This document shows, in pieces, positions 38,580-48,357 of a stretch of DNA of 64,000 bases. The notes under the pieces were generated by a model. It was not told where the DNA came from, did not search any database, and worked only from the letters and a program-made list of their open reading frames with translations. This DNA is from an uncultured cyanobacterium (GTDB taxonomy: Bacteria > Cyanobacteriota > Cyanobacteriia > Phormidesmidales > Phormidesmidaceae). The translations under genes were made by a program, and so were the position numbers. The number at the start of each line of letters is the position of its first letter. The first letter of the stretch is position 1. The DNA lies in assembly GCA_963793265.1 (NCBI GenBank), contig CAWBZI010000006.1, forward strand, positions 448,001-512,000, written 5' to 3'.

Positions 38580-39164
38580 CTATTGTGCCGCGCCAACTTC
38601 GTGCCTAGCTGCCATTGCCGAAACGTCTTCGGGTGTGATGAAGCGCTTTTCGGAGCAGTAGGTCATCAGATTAACGCCGCCCATCATGCGCGCGGTGCTG
38701 ACACGGACGCGAAAGTCGTCGGTAAGAAACCAGCAGCGTTCTTGGCCCTGGTTGGTTTCGTAATCGGTGTCGATAGTAAGTACGCCGTCTTGGCCGAACC
38801 AGTAGCGGCTGACGACGGTCATGGTTTCTACGTAGCCGCGATCGCGCACTAGCTTCCCCGACCGTCCGCTCTCATCATCCGGCACATCTACCAGCACCGC
38901 TGCTGAAGAAGGTGGCGCATCGTCTGCAAGGTTGGCCTGCCAGGCAAAAGAAGCGCCGCCAGCGGCTAGGCTTGGATCAATATTTTGCGACTTACAGATG
39001 TCAATTACGCGGCGATCGCTCGCATCCACCACGCCCACAATCAGATTAGATTCTCCCGACTCGTCAGCGACCACATCAAAGTGATGCACCGTCCGCTGAG
39101 TAAACCAGGTGCCTTCGCTTTTACGAAAGAAGGCCATCATCGACATGGGTGGATTTAAGAGCAT
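38580..39164 (-). CDS. cpeU: S/U-type phycobiliprotein lyase CpeU
   Basis: PPMSMMAFFRKSEGTWFTQRTVHHFD, GQERCWF; directly upstream of pebA. Confidence 0.8.
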   Translation of the reverse strand: MLLNPPMSMMAFFRKSEGTWFTQRTVHHFDVVADESGESNLIVGVVDASDRRVIDICKSQNIDPSLAAGGASFAWQANLADDAPPSSAAVLVDVPDDESGRSGKLVRDRGYVETMTVVSRYWFGQDGVLTIDTDYETNQGQERCWFLTDDFRVRVSTARMMGGVNLMTYCSEKRFITPEDVSAMAARHEVGAAQ

Positions 39165-39190
39165 ATTTTAATTATCCGAATGAATTGAGC

Positions 39191-39445
39191 TTAAAGAGAC
39201 TTCGACTCGATATATTCATCGAATGTAATGTAGTCGCCGGAGGCACATTCTGCTTTAGCAATTTTTATCTCTGCAAGCGTCTCTTCGCTCTCCTCGTAGT
39301 GTTCGTCTTCATACTCCAGAATCTGTCTATCTAGAATGTCGGCAAGCTTATGCTTATCTTTAATGTCGAGTGCACTAACTGCTGCAACCAAAGTCTCAAT
39401 TGACATCGGCTCAGTCAGTTTATGAGATTTAACAGTTTTAGTCAT
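39191..39445 (-). CDS. Small acidic protein, orphan antitoxin-like
   Basis: C-terminus EIKIAKAECASGDYITFDEY resembles cyanobacterial antitoxin tails; no toxin adjacent. Confidence 0.5.
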   Translation of the reverse strand: MTKTVKSHKLTEPMSIETLVAAVSALDIKDKHKLADILDRQILEYEDEHYEESEETLAEIKIAKAECASGDYITFDEYIESKSL

Positions 39446-39569
39446 TGCTAGAGGAATGGGCTAAACGCTATGTAACCCATAATAGGCTGTATGTCGTTTG
39501 ATAGCTGAACAGTTGTGTTGTAGCTAAGGAGTCTGCAATTCTATAAAGATAGTAATCTGCGATAGCTCA

Positions 39570-40388
39570 ATGACGGCTTCTAATCAACTGGACTCTACCG
39601 TAATCACTCCCTACGCAACACTCGCAAACGCTGACCTATCAGGAGCCGACCTTTCAAACCAAGATCTCTACCGAGCGAACTTATTTGGTGCGAACTTATC
39701 TGGTGCAAACCTATCTAGTGCTGGTTTAGTAGGTGCTGATCTTTCTCGCTCAAATCTATCTAATGCAAACTTGCAGCAAGCGGATTTACGGGGCGCTAGC
39801 CTGTGCAGAGTAAATTTTGAAAATGCTAATTTAACGCATGCCTATCTTTTTCGGGCTGACTTACAGAGCTGCGATCTTTCTAAGGCCGATATCACTGGCG
39901 CTAAGCTTAAGCTCTCGCTCTACGACAGTGAAACTCGGTGGCCAGAAGGATTTCGATATAAAAGCAGTGGGGCGGTAGGGCCGGGAGCCTCGCTGAATGG
40001 AGCCTATCTCAATACGGCTAACTTGAAAGGGGCCGATTTAAGCAGGGCGATGATGTTTGGTACTTACTTAAGCGGGGCGAATTTACAGGATGCGAACCTA
40101 TCAGGGGCAGCGCTGAGCGGGACAAATTTGCAAAAGGCGTTTCTGACTGGGGCGAATTTACAGGGCGCGAATTTGGGCGGTGCGGAGCTTCAGCGCTGCG
40201 ATTTGCGAGCAACGAATTTGACGGACGTGGATTTTTCGGCTGTAGGAAGTATTGCTGGGGCCGATTTTTCAGGAGCCGTTGGACTGACGGATGAAGGCCG
40301 ATCTCACCTGCTCCGCCATCCGTCAGCGGAGCTAGATGAATGGAATACATTCACCCGTAAAACGACCCGGCAAAGTTTAGAGGGCTAG
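39570..40388 (+). CDS. Pentapeptide repeat protein
   Basis: Extensive A(D/N)LxG repeats. Confidence 0.92.
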   Translation: MTASNQLDSTVITPYATLANADLSGADLSNQDLYRANLFGANLSGANLSSAGLVGADLSRSNLSNANLQQADLRGASLCRVNFENANLTHAYLFRADLQSCDLSKADITGAKLKLSLYDSETRWPEGFRYKSSGAVGPGASLNGAYLNTANLKGADLSRAMMFGTYLSGANLQDANLSGAALSGTNLQKAFLTGANLQGANLGGAELQRCDLRATNLTDVDFSAVGSIAGADFSGAVGLTDEGRSHLLRHPSAELDEWNTFTRKTTRQSLEG

Positions 40389-40939
40389 ACGCGGGTTTCT
40401 AGATATTGACCAATCATGATTTCTTCGCCTGCGCGCGAGATGATGGTTTGGCGGGTGCGGTAGCTATCGCCAATCAGCTTAAGCTCTTCTTCAAAGGAGG
40501 AACCATTGTATTCAGTGCGCAAAACCATGGTTTTTTCGCCCGTGAATCTGTACTTAGCCGTCACTGGTTTGGGGGTGGCAAAGCCGCGATCTCGATACAT
40601 AACATCGCCTCGAATACCAAAAATCGTCTCGCCCACAGAGGGCTTTTTCGCAGGCGAAATATAGCTGCTCTCCCAGATCACCTTCGCGCCGCAGATCATC
40701 GGGACAGTTAGACCATGACGATCGCCTAGTACGGCTAATTCCTCGTGATCACCCTCTAAAAAGGAAACGCTAATGTCGCTCACCACTTCTTGCGTGTCGC
40801 CGCTGGCAAGCGTGTAGTAGCGGCGGCGAGAGCACCAGTTACCGGCTGACTGCTGAAAGAATGCGATCGCCCGTTCCTCAGTCTCAGTTAGATCAATTTG
40901 AGGGTAGGGCTGAAGGTTAGAAGGTGTAGACAGTAGCAT
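40385..40939 (-). CDS. S/U-type phycobiliprotein lyase (CpcU-like)
   Basis: FFQQSAGNWCSRRRYYTL, YRDRGF, FEEELKL...RTRQT. Confidence 0.8.
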   Translation of the reverse strand: MLLSTPSNLQPYPQIDLTETEERAIAFFQQSAGNWCSRRRYYTLASGDTQEVVSDISVSFLEGDHEELAVLGDRHGLTVPMICGAKVIWESSYISPAKKPSVGETIFGIRGDVMYRDRGFATPKPVTAKYRFTGEKTMVLRTEYNGSSFEEELKLIGDSYRTRQTIISRAGEEIMIGQYLETRV

Positions 40940-41097
40940 TGCGATCGCTCCTCAATAAGTCCGAAGTCAGTTCTGACCCCCATAAGTGAGTCAGCATATC
41001 CTGTAAATGAAACATTTATTTACATTAGACAAGATAGTCTATTTCTTCAAAGCCAGCAATCGACAGAGAGACATAAATCGATTTTTATCGTTCTTTT

Positions 41098-41760
41098 TCA
41101 GGAGGGCAGCAGGTCTTCTAGCGCAGCAGCAACGACTTTGTGGTGATCGTCCTGTCTGAGTTTGGAAAGGGCGTCTTTTGCTTTGGAAGCCTTAAAGGGT
41201 TTGAGGGCCTGGGCTAGGGCCATGCGCGATCGCCAGTTTGAACTCTCTAGCCAGGGCAGTAGAGCCTCTAAAGCGGCATCCGACTGAGGCGTACCAGCAA
41301 GTGTAGCTAAAGTTGCCATCCCTGCCTGCTGAATGGTTGCGTCCTTATCTTCAAGCGCTTCTAAGGCAATCTTTAAAAGCTGATCGGGCCTTTCTAGCTC
41401 TGGCATAATCGCTAAAATGCTGCGGCGCACTAGCCAATTTTCACTCTCGTAAAAAAGTTCCACTAAGCGGTCTACCGCAACCGGGCCGTATAGACCTAGC
41501 GAGTTAGCAATCTCAGCTTGAACGTTGTGGTCAGGCTCAGTTTTGAGCATTTCCAACAAGGCTTCGTAGCAGTCATCTGTGCGCTTGCGACCTAAGCCCA
41601 TCGCGACGAATGAGCGCACTAAAAACGCTGAATCTTTGCGCTGACCGATGAGAATGGGGGCTGCCTCTTCGCTGCTGTGATCTTTAAGGGCAACGAGTCC
41701 TTTGAGCCTGAGCTGAGGATCTTCGCTGGCCAGTAGGTTTTTTATTTCTGAAATATTCAT
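41098..41760 (-). CDS. nblB: Phycobilisome degradation HEAT-repeat protein NblB-like
   Basis: FLVRSFVAMGLG, DHNVQAEIANSL, WLVRRSILA, DHHKVVAAALE. Confidence 0.7.
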   Translation of the reverse strand: MNISEIKNLLASEDPQLRLKGLVALKDHSSEEAAPILIGQRKDSAFLVRSFVAMGLGRKRTDDCYEALLEMLKTEPDHNVQAEIANSLGLYGPVAVDRLVELFYESENWLVRRSILAIMPELERPDQLLKIALEALEDKDATIQQAGMATLATLAGTPQSDAALEALLPWLESSNWRSRMALAQALKPFKASKAKDALSKLRQDDHHKVVAAALEDLLPS

Positions 41761-41872
41761 GGGACGCTCGGGCGTGAATGGGCTGTTATTTTGTGGTGTT
41801 ATTCTGAGTTGCGTTAGGCAAGTTTGATCTACTCTTGTTTTAAAGCGTTTTGGCCGAGAAGGTATCTAAACA

Positions 41873-42133
41873 ATGGCAGAGTCCGCCCAAGCAAATGAAT
41901 CTGTGGCTACGTCTATGGCTACGGAGGCCCCATCTTCTGAAGAGATTGCGCAGATGATCGCGGAGCTAGAAAAGTATCGCGATCGCCTCGTCGAAGATTT
42001 TACGACCACAGCCAAAAAGGCCAAGCTGCCTAAGTCTCTGGCAATGGCTCAACTCAAAACTCATCCCGAAATTGCGAAAATAGAAGCTTCTTTGGCGCAG
42101 CTACGCGGCGGCGCGCCAACTGAAGAGGCATAG
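41873..42133 (+). CDS. Small hypothetical protein
   Basis: 86-aa helical ORF (ELEKYRDRLV...AKKAKLPK...HPEIAKI). Confidence 0.7.
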   Translation: MAESAQANESVATSMATEAPSSEEIAQMIAELEKYRDRLVEDFTTTAKKAKLPKSLAMAQLKTHPEIAKIEASLAQLRGGAPTEEA

Positions 42134-42140
42134 CATCCCT

Positions 42141-43039
42141 GTGGTTAGCAGCGAAGTATCGGTAGTGAAGTATCTAGCAGTAAAGATCAAGCTGAAATTG
42201 ATCGGCTCATAAGCTACGTAGATGAACAGATAGAGCTACTAGCTTTTGACAGTCCCGAGCCTGATCTGCTTCGGCAAATGGTAGATGGACTGGCTGATTC
42301 TAGGCGGCAGGTTCGGCTGAGCTTGATAGAGTCGTTTGCTCAAATTGGCGAACCCGCGACGCCTTTTTTACTCAACGGCCTGGCAAATCATCCGAATGCT
42401 GGGGTACGGCGGGCCTGCTGTAATGCGCTGACGAATATTGGTGACCCGATGTCGGTGCTGGGACTGGTGGAAGGACTGCTGCACGATGCTGATATTGGGG
42501 TGAAAAGTGCGGCGGCGGCGGCACTGGCTAAGGTAGGCGCGCCCGCTTTTGATTCGCTGCGAGATGTGCTGGCCTCTGAGCAGGCGAGTGAGAGCTGTAA
42601 GGGCCATGCGGCCTGGGCGATCGCCTCTATGAGTAGTGAGGTGAGCGATCGCCTCTATCGCATCAGCAGCGATCCTTCTCCGGCTGTGAGAACGGCGGCA
42701 ATTGGAGCTTTAGCACAGCTCGCGCAGCAGTCAAAAACGCCGAATGAACAGGCTTTGGGTGCGATCGCTCAGGCTCTAAAAGATCCGTCTTCAGAAGTGC
42801 AAATAGAAGCGGCGGCGAATGTTGCGCGGTTGAGCTATCAGGCAGCCTATGAGCCCTTGATCAACTGCCTTGAGGCGGCTGAAGGCGATGTGCAAAAGGC
42901 GGCGATACGGGCGCTGGCGAAGCTGGGCAATCCTGAAGCAATCGGTGCGATTTCGCGCTTGAGTCAACAAGAAACTGTTGAACTTTCAGTGCAAAAGGCG
43001 GCTGAGCTTGCGATTTCTCAGCTTCGACAAAAAGAATAG
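42141..43039 (+). CDS. CpeF-like E/F-type (HEAT) lyase paralogue with an apparent 1-nt frameshift near 42160
   Basis: Similar to 56086-56985 (IGEPATPFL..LANHPN..VRRAC). Similarity extends upstream of ATG 42278 to about 42182, but the GTG at 42141 is out of frame. Confidence 0.7.
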
Positions 43040-43059
43040 ACATACATAAGGAACGCGCG

Positions 43060-43623
43060 ATGAATGGACTTAGCCAGCGGGCACAGGAACTTATTCCTAA
43101 AGCTCAGATAGTTAGTTTTGAGGGTTGGGATGGTTTGGATGAAGGGGCGATCGCTAAGATCAAAGCCGCTGACGATGAGAAGCGGTATTTGAGTGACGGG
43201 GAGTTGGGGGCGATCGCAACAGATCCCACCAACACAGACGTTGTAAAGCAACTCCGCGACCAGGCCGCTGCAATTGTCGATGAAGCCCGCGCAGGTGTGC
43301 TTCAGTCGTTTCCCGGCATTTTAGAACCCGGTGGCGGTCTGTATCCAGCAGCAAGAGCTGAAGCTTGCTGGCGCGACTTTTGGCATTTTTTACGCTGCAT
43401 CACCTACGGCATCGCTGGCAACAACCCTCAGTTCACCAGTTCAGACGGCCTGATTGCTATGGAGCAGCTTTACGAAGAGCTTCAGGTGCCGCTACCCGCA
43501 ATGGTCAAAGGATTAGAAGGCATTAAAGAAGCTGGCCTAAGTCGGTTCCCCGAGGGAACTCACGACGCCCTATCGCCTTACTTTGATCATTTGATCGGAC
43601 GGATGGCTAGTTTTTTGAAGTGA
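43060..43623 (+). CDS. aplA: Allophycocyanin-like phycobiliprotein AplA
   Basis: LIPKAQIVSF, ADDEKRYLS, PGGGLYP..RAEACWRDFWHFLRCITYG. Confidence 0.8.
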   Translation: MNGLSQRAQELIPKAQIVSFEGWDGLDEGAIAKIKAADDEKRYLSDGELGAIATDPTNTDVVKQLRDQAAAIVDEARAGVLQSFPGILEPGGGLYPAARAEACWRDFWHFLRCITYGIAGNNPQFTSSDGLIAMEQLYEELQVPLPAMVKGLEGIKEAGLSRFPEGTHDALSPYFDHLIGRMASFLK

Positions 43624-43807
43624 ACGATCGTTGCTACTAACCAGTTTTCAAAGCAACATTCTATAAACTTTTGCAACAAAAACAGTCGATAATTATGACG
43701 CAAATAAACCGAGATAATACTTGCTTTAAAGTTCTGATTTGCCACTGAAGCCGTGTGTTATCAGCGGTTTTACTCCCACAACAAAAATACAATTCTAGAA
43801 AGTGCTA

Positions 43808-43825
43808 TTCACAAAACTTGACAAA
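43808..43825 (+). promoter_or_regulatory. HLR1-like direct repeat upstream of cpeC
   Basis: TTCACAAA-AC-TTGACAAA. Confidence 0.45.
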
Positions 43826-43932
43826 AAACGGCCCCTTTTCCAGACAAAATGAGAACACGCAAGCAATGTTTACCAACAGCTTGCAGAGATTTATGTCTTA
43901 AGACAACTGTTGTTAACTAGGAGATAGCATCC

Positions 43933-44806
43933 ATGGCTTTCGGACCAGCATCGCGATTGGGCGTCAGTCTTTTTGAAGAAACGCCTCCCGTCGAGTGGGT
44001 TCCCGGTCTATCGTCTGATGACAGCGAAGATATTATCAACGCTGTCTATCGTCAGGTATTAGGGAACGCCTACGTCATGGAGAGTGAGCGGCTCACTGTT
44101 CCCGAATCTCAGTTTAAGCTTGGCGACTATAGCGTTCGTGAATTTGTTCGCGCCGTAGCCAAATCTGATCTGTACCGCACTCGTTTCTTTGAGAGCTGCC
44201 CCCGCTACCGCTACACCGAGCTAAACTTCCGTCATCTATTGGGCCGTGCGCCTAACAGCTACGACGAAATGAAGTTTCACAGCAACGTGCTCGACGCGGA
44301 AGGCTTTGAAGCAGACATCGATACCTACATCGATAGCGATGAGTATCAAAATACGTTTGGCGAAAACATTGTTCCTTACATTCGCGGCTACAAGAGCGAA
44401 GGGTCTGAGAACATGATCGAGTTCACCCACATGTTTGAACTCGTACGCGGCGCTTCTAGCAGCTCGCTTAAAGGCAGCACTTCTGGCAACTCACCTCGCC
44501 TCAACAGCCTGGTAATCAATGCGATTCCAACGGCTGTCAAAGCACCTTCTGGTGGTTCTGACGGCTGGGCCTTCAGCGAGCCACCAACGTCTGCACCAAC
44601 TCGCGTGGGTGCTGGGATTGGCGATCGCGGCAAGGTATACCGCATTGAGGTGACCTCTATTCGCGCTAATACAGTGCGCAAGGCATCTTCACGGTTCCGC
44701 CGAGCGAATCAGGTCTATTTGGTACCTTACGAGAAAGCTCTCTCAAGAGTACCAGCGCATTCACAAAGCAGGCGGCGTCATTGCCAGCATCACTGCGATT
44801 GACTAG
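43933..44806 (+). CDS. cpeC: Phycoerythrin rod linker CpeC, with a +1 frameshift at about 44734
   Basis: MAFGPASRLGVSLFEETPPVEW, YRQVLGNAYVMESER. The conserved tail LSQEYQRIHKAGGVIASITAID* lies in the shifted frame, ending TAG 44804-44806. Confidence 0.92.
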
Positions 44807-44819
44807 CGCGTAAAGAATT

Positions 44820-44867
44820 AAGGCGAGTGGCTACGCGCGTGTTGAGACGTCAGTAGCTACTCGCCTT
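44820..44867 (+). other. Intergenic stem-loop between cpeC and cpeE
   Basis: AAGGCGAGTGGCTAC / GTAGCTACTCGCCTT, with one G-U pair on the + strand. Confidence 0.7.
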
Positions 44868-44924
44868 TGCTGTGTTGTTTGTTTAAAGACTGTTTGTTTA
44901 AGACTGGATTTTAAGGAGAACCCC

Positions 44925-45665
44925 ATGTCAGACTACACGTACGAACTTTGGCCTACTAGCTCCAAAGAAGATATTCAGACGATTATTCGCGCCGTTTACA
45001 ATCAGGTGTTAGGCAACCCTCACGTGATGGAAAGCGAGCGTCTGGTCACCGCTGAGTCTCAGCTAAATGATGGATCGCTCTCAGTTCGCGAATTTGTGCG
45101 GGCGGTTGCTAAATCTGACTTTTACAAGGCTCGCTATTTTGAAAGCTGTGCGCCCTATCGCTTTGTAGAGCTGAACTTTCAGCACATTTTAGGCCGTGCG
45201 CCTGAGTCTCAAGCGGAGGCTTCTGAGCACATCCGCCGCTGCGCTGAAGCAGGCTATGACGCTGAGATTGATTCTTACGTCGATAGCGAAGAGTATCAAA
45301 ATGCTTTTGGCGAAAACATTGTGCCTTACGCTCGCGATAAGAGCGAAGTAGGTCGTAAGCAGGTTGTTTATAATCGCAACTTTGCGGTGAACCGTGGCCC
45401 TGCTCAAGTCAGCAGCGCGGTAAAGTCTTCTCAGCTTGTGTATGAAGTAGCAACTAATAGCGCTAACAAAATTACTAACGCTAAGGCAACAGCAGGATCT
45501 ACAACCGAGAAGAAGTTCAAGATCCGTACGACAGGCGCTAAGTTCGACAGTCCTCGCCGCGTAAGCACCAATGAGTACATCGTCTCTGCTCAGAAGATGA
45601 CGCCTCAGATTCAGCGCATTCAGCGCAGCGGTGCAAAGATTGTCAGCATTACTGAAATTAAGTAG
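44925..45665 (+). CDS. cpeE: Phycoerythrin rod linker CpeE
   Basis: ELWPTSS, YNQVLGNPHVMESERLVTAESQL, MTPQIQRIQRSGAKIVSITE. Confidence 0.85.
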   Translation: MSDYTYELWPTSSKEDIQTIIRAVYNQVLGNPHVMESERLVTAESQLNDGSLSVREFVRAVAKSDFYKARYFESCAPYRFVELNFQHILGRAPESQAEASEHIRRCAEAGYDAEIDSYVDSEEYQNAFGENIVPYARDKSEVGRKQVVYNRNFAVNRGPAQVSSAVKSSQLVYEVATNSANKITNAKATAGSTTEKKFKIRTTGAKFDSPRRVSTNEYIVSAQKMTPQIQRIQRSGAKIVSITEIK

Positions 45666-45696
45666 TCGATAAATCTAGCTATTCAGCTTTTCATTA

Positions 45697-45792
45697 GGGC
45701 TGAAAGTCAGCTACCGATAGTTGCGAGAAATGATTTTGATACAGAAAGTCTTCTTGCAATTCTTTGGTGCTACTGACTTTCAGCTCTTTTTT
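45697..45792 (+). terminator. Long stem-loop with T-tract after cpeE
   Basis: GGGCTGAAAGTCAG ... CTGACTTTCAGCTC followed by TTTTTT. Confidence 0.65.
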
Positions 45793-45971
45793 GTGTTGTT
45801 AAGTTAGTTTGAGAAAGCAAACGTTTTCTCATCGTCAGGTTCACAGTCCGTTTATCTGGAAATAGAAGACTATCACTAAAGCTAATTTTGACTTTGAGGC
45901 ATGGCTGCTTACGCAGTAAGTTTAGAGGGCAAATGGCTAGAGTAATGATGCCAACGAGTGAGGGGCCGAAG

Positions 45972-46502
45972 ATGGATATTGATACGTTTGTAGCGCGTTC
46001 TTTGGGGCGATGGCGATCGCAACGCAGTGCCCATCATCTAGCCTTCGCCCATTTTGAAGAAATTCGCTCGATGATTGAGATTGAACCTTTGGCAAAAGAT
46101 GACGCGGCGGTGATTGCGCTGTGTGAGAGTCAGGGGTTTGATGCAGGTGCGATCGCCTCCCCGTTTAAAATGAGCTGGGAAGGCGAAACCGACTGGGACG
46201 AAGACGAAGTGATGAAAGGGGAAACCATCCTAGTGCCTGTCCCTGATAAAAATGGCACCAACAGCGGCAAGCTACTCCGCGACCAGGGCTACGCTGAAAC
46301 GATCCCAGCAGCCGGACAATACATCATTCATGACGACGGCACCTTTGTGCTCACAACCGGCTATGACCGCGCCGCCGCTGAAGAAAAAATCTGGTTTGCC
46401 AGCGATAACCTTCGTTTTCGAGTGTCCTTAATCAAAACGAGCGATGGCAAAGGCGTTACCACCGCCTCGCTATCTTCTGAAGTCAGAATGGGCATCTCAT
46501 AG
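45972..46502 (+). CDS. cpeS: Phycoerythrin lyase CpeS
   Basis: MDIDTFVARSLGRWRSQRSAHHLAF, AAEEKIWF; position in the cpeC-E-S-T-R order. Confidence 0.9.
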   Translation: MDIDTFVARSLGRWRSQRSAHHLAFAHFEEIRSMIEIEPLAKDDAAVIALCESQGFDAGAIASPFKMSWEGETDWDEDEVMKGETILVPVPDKNGTNSGKLLRDQGYAETIPAAGQYIIHDDGTFVLTTGYDRAAAEEKIWFASDNLRFRVSLIKTSDGKGVTTASLSSEVRMGIS

Positions 46503-46596
46503 ATAGTGATAAAGGACGCGATCGTTCAGCCATCCGTCTTACAAGATCGATTTCTTTCTCTACAATTCCATATATACCCCTTCTTCTTTCACCCGC

Positions 46597-47268
46597 ATGA
46601 CTGCGCCTACCGCTGCCTCTGTTATCGCTGATCAGCCCGTCAGCCAAAACTTCCTCACGCTCATTAACTGGATGGCGGGAGACTTCAGCAACTATCAGCA
46701 GTCCCACGCCCATCCCACCGACTTCGCTCACATCCGCATATTTTTTAGACCCTTGCCCTTTGAGTTCTTTGAAGCGTTAGGTTTTCCAGGCGGCATCGGC
46801 TTTTACTCCGAGCAGGTATACGACTACGACCTGTGGAGCCCATACCGTCAGGGCCTGCATCGCGTTATCGATCGCGGTGACGAAGGTGTTTATATAGAGA
46901 ACTATGGCTTCAAAGACGGTGTGCCCTACGCAGGATCTGGTCATAATCTAGACGTATTAAAAACGATCCCGCCAGAGGTTGCGATTCGGCGGACGGGCTG
47001 CTCAATGGTGTTCAAACGCGAGCAAACAGACGAGATCGATCAGTTTATTGGTGGCGTAGAGCCCGGCGGCAAGTGTTTGATTCCGCGTAAAGGGAAAAGG
47101 ACTTATTTGGTGAGCCGAGTAGAGCTAACTGATAAAACGTGGGTGAGCTTGGATCAGGGCATGGACGTAGAGACAGGTGAGCACGTTTGGGGATCGACTG
47201 AAGGTGCTTTGCGATTTGAGAAGAAGGCAAGCTTTGCAGATGAATTGCCGATAGACCGGCTGATTTAG
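46597..47268 (+). CDS. cpeT: Phycoerythrin lyase CpeT
   Basis: WMAGDFSN, FAHIRIFFRPLP, FYSEQVYDYDLWSPYRQ, WGS. Confidence 0.9.
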   Translation: MTAPTAASVIADQPVSQNFLTLINWMAGDFSNYQQSHAHPTDFAHIRIFFRPLPFEFFEALGFPGGIGFYSEQVYDYDLWSPYRQGLHRVIDRGDEGVYIENYGFKDGVPYAGSGHNLDVLKTIPPEVAIRRTGCSMVFKREQTDEIDQFIGGVEPGGKCLIPRKGKRTYLVSRVELTDKTWVSLDQGMDVETGEHVWGSTEGALRFEKKASFADELPIDRLI

Positions 47269-47270
47269 AG

Positions 47271-47576
47271 ATGTTGCCACCTCCCGCCAAAAAGAAAATG
47301 CAGGCGTGGATTCGCAGCCGTCATCTGATTTGTTCAGGCAACTTTTTTATCTTTGAAACGGTTGAGTTTTCAACGGTAGATAAGTTTCAAGACTGCGTAG
47401 AGTGCTTAGGTGGCACCTTAATTGCTGTGGAGCCGCTGAAGAAAATTTGGATTGGCAACCATCGCCGCGTTGTACTCTATCGGGCGAAAGCGAGTCTGCA
47501 TACGCCGCACCACGAGCTAAACCAATACTGGATCAAGTACGGCAGCTTTCGGACTCGATTCGACGATCGAGAATAG
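47271..47576 (+). CDS. cpeR: Phycoerythrin operon regulator CpeR
   Basis: MLPPPAKKKMQAWIRSRHLICSGNFFIFET...YWIKYGSFRTRFD. Confidence 0.92.
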   Translation: MLPPPAKKKMQAWIRSRHLICSGNFFIFETVEFSTVDKFQDCVECLGGTLIAVEPLKKIWIGNHRRVVLYRAKASLHTPHHELNQYWIKYGSFRTRFDDRE

Positions 47577-47660
47577 CCAAACTTGATACACTTTATCTTA
47601 AGTAAGCGGCGTTCACTCAATGGCGTCAGCGATCGCTCTATTCCTTCAAGCCTTTTTCTC

Positions 47661-48245
47661 ATGACTCACCCGACTGACGTGGTAAAGCTGACTAGATGGA
47701 TGGCCGCTGATTTTAGCAATCAGCCCCAGGCAATTGATAATCCGCCTTTCTTTGCCCATATCCAGGTGTGTATGCGGCCTTTGCCAAAGGGCTTTCAGTC
47801 GGGAATCAGCCTATTTTTGGAGCAGGCTTATAACTATCAGCTACACCTGCCTTACCGAGTGCGGGTGCTGCACTTTATTCAGCGCGAGGAAGATGTGCTG
47901 CTAGAGAACTATAAGGTAAAGAATGAGGAGAAATTTTATGGGGCGGGGCGCGATCGCCAAAAGCTGCTCACCCTCACTCCAGACGATCTAGAGCCCATGG
48001 ACGGCTGTGACATCATTGTGAACTGGACAGACAATAGCTTTCGCGGCAAAGTAGAGCCGGGCAAAAAGTGTATGGTCGTCCGCAAAGGCATGAATACCTA
48101 CCTAGACAACGAGTTCATCGTCACCGAAGACCACATGACCAGCTACGACCGAGGCCGCGATCCTGACACCGACGAGCTGCTGTGGGGCTCACTCGCCGGG
48201 CCGTTTGAATTCGATAAGCTAGAGCGCTTCGATGGTGAGATATAG
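47661..48245 (+). CDS. cpcT: Phycocyanin lyase CpcT
   Basis: MTHPTDVVKLTRWMAADFSNQPQAIDNPPFFAHI, WGSLAGPFEF. Confidence 0.92.
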   Translation: MTHPTDVVKLTRWMAADFSNQPQAIDNPPFFAHIQVCMRPLPKGFQSGISLFLEQAYNYQLHLPYRVRVLHFIQREEDVLLENYKVKNEEKFYGAGRDRQKLLTLTPDDLEPMDGCDIIVNWTDNSFRGKVEPGKKCMVVRKGMNTYLDNEFIVTEDHMTSYDRGRDPDTDELLWGSLAGPFEFDKLERFDGEI

Positions 48246-48357
48246 CAAACGTGCGGATGCATTCGTACGTTTGCGCGACACTTAGCCCGCAGTGCAGAAC
48301 GGTTCTAGCAGTTGCTAGTGTAGTGAGCTAAGTGACCAAAGCTATAGAGGCTTAACA

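Noticed and set aside
43630..43932. Chromatic-acclimation L-box or G-box upstream of cpeC
   Set aside because: Only a single TTGCA half-site was seen; no convincing direct repeat.
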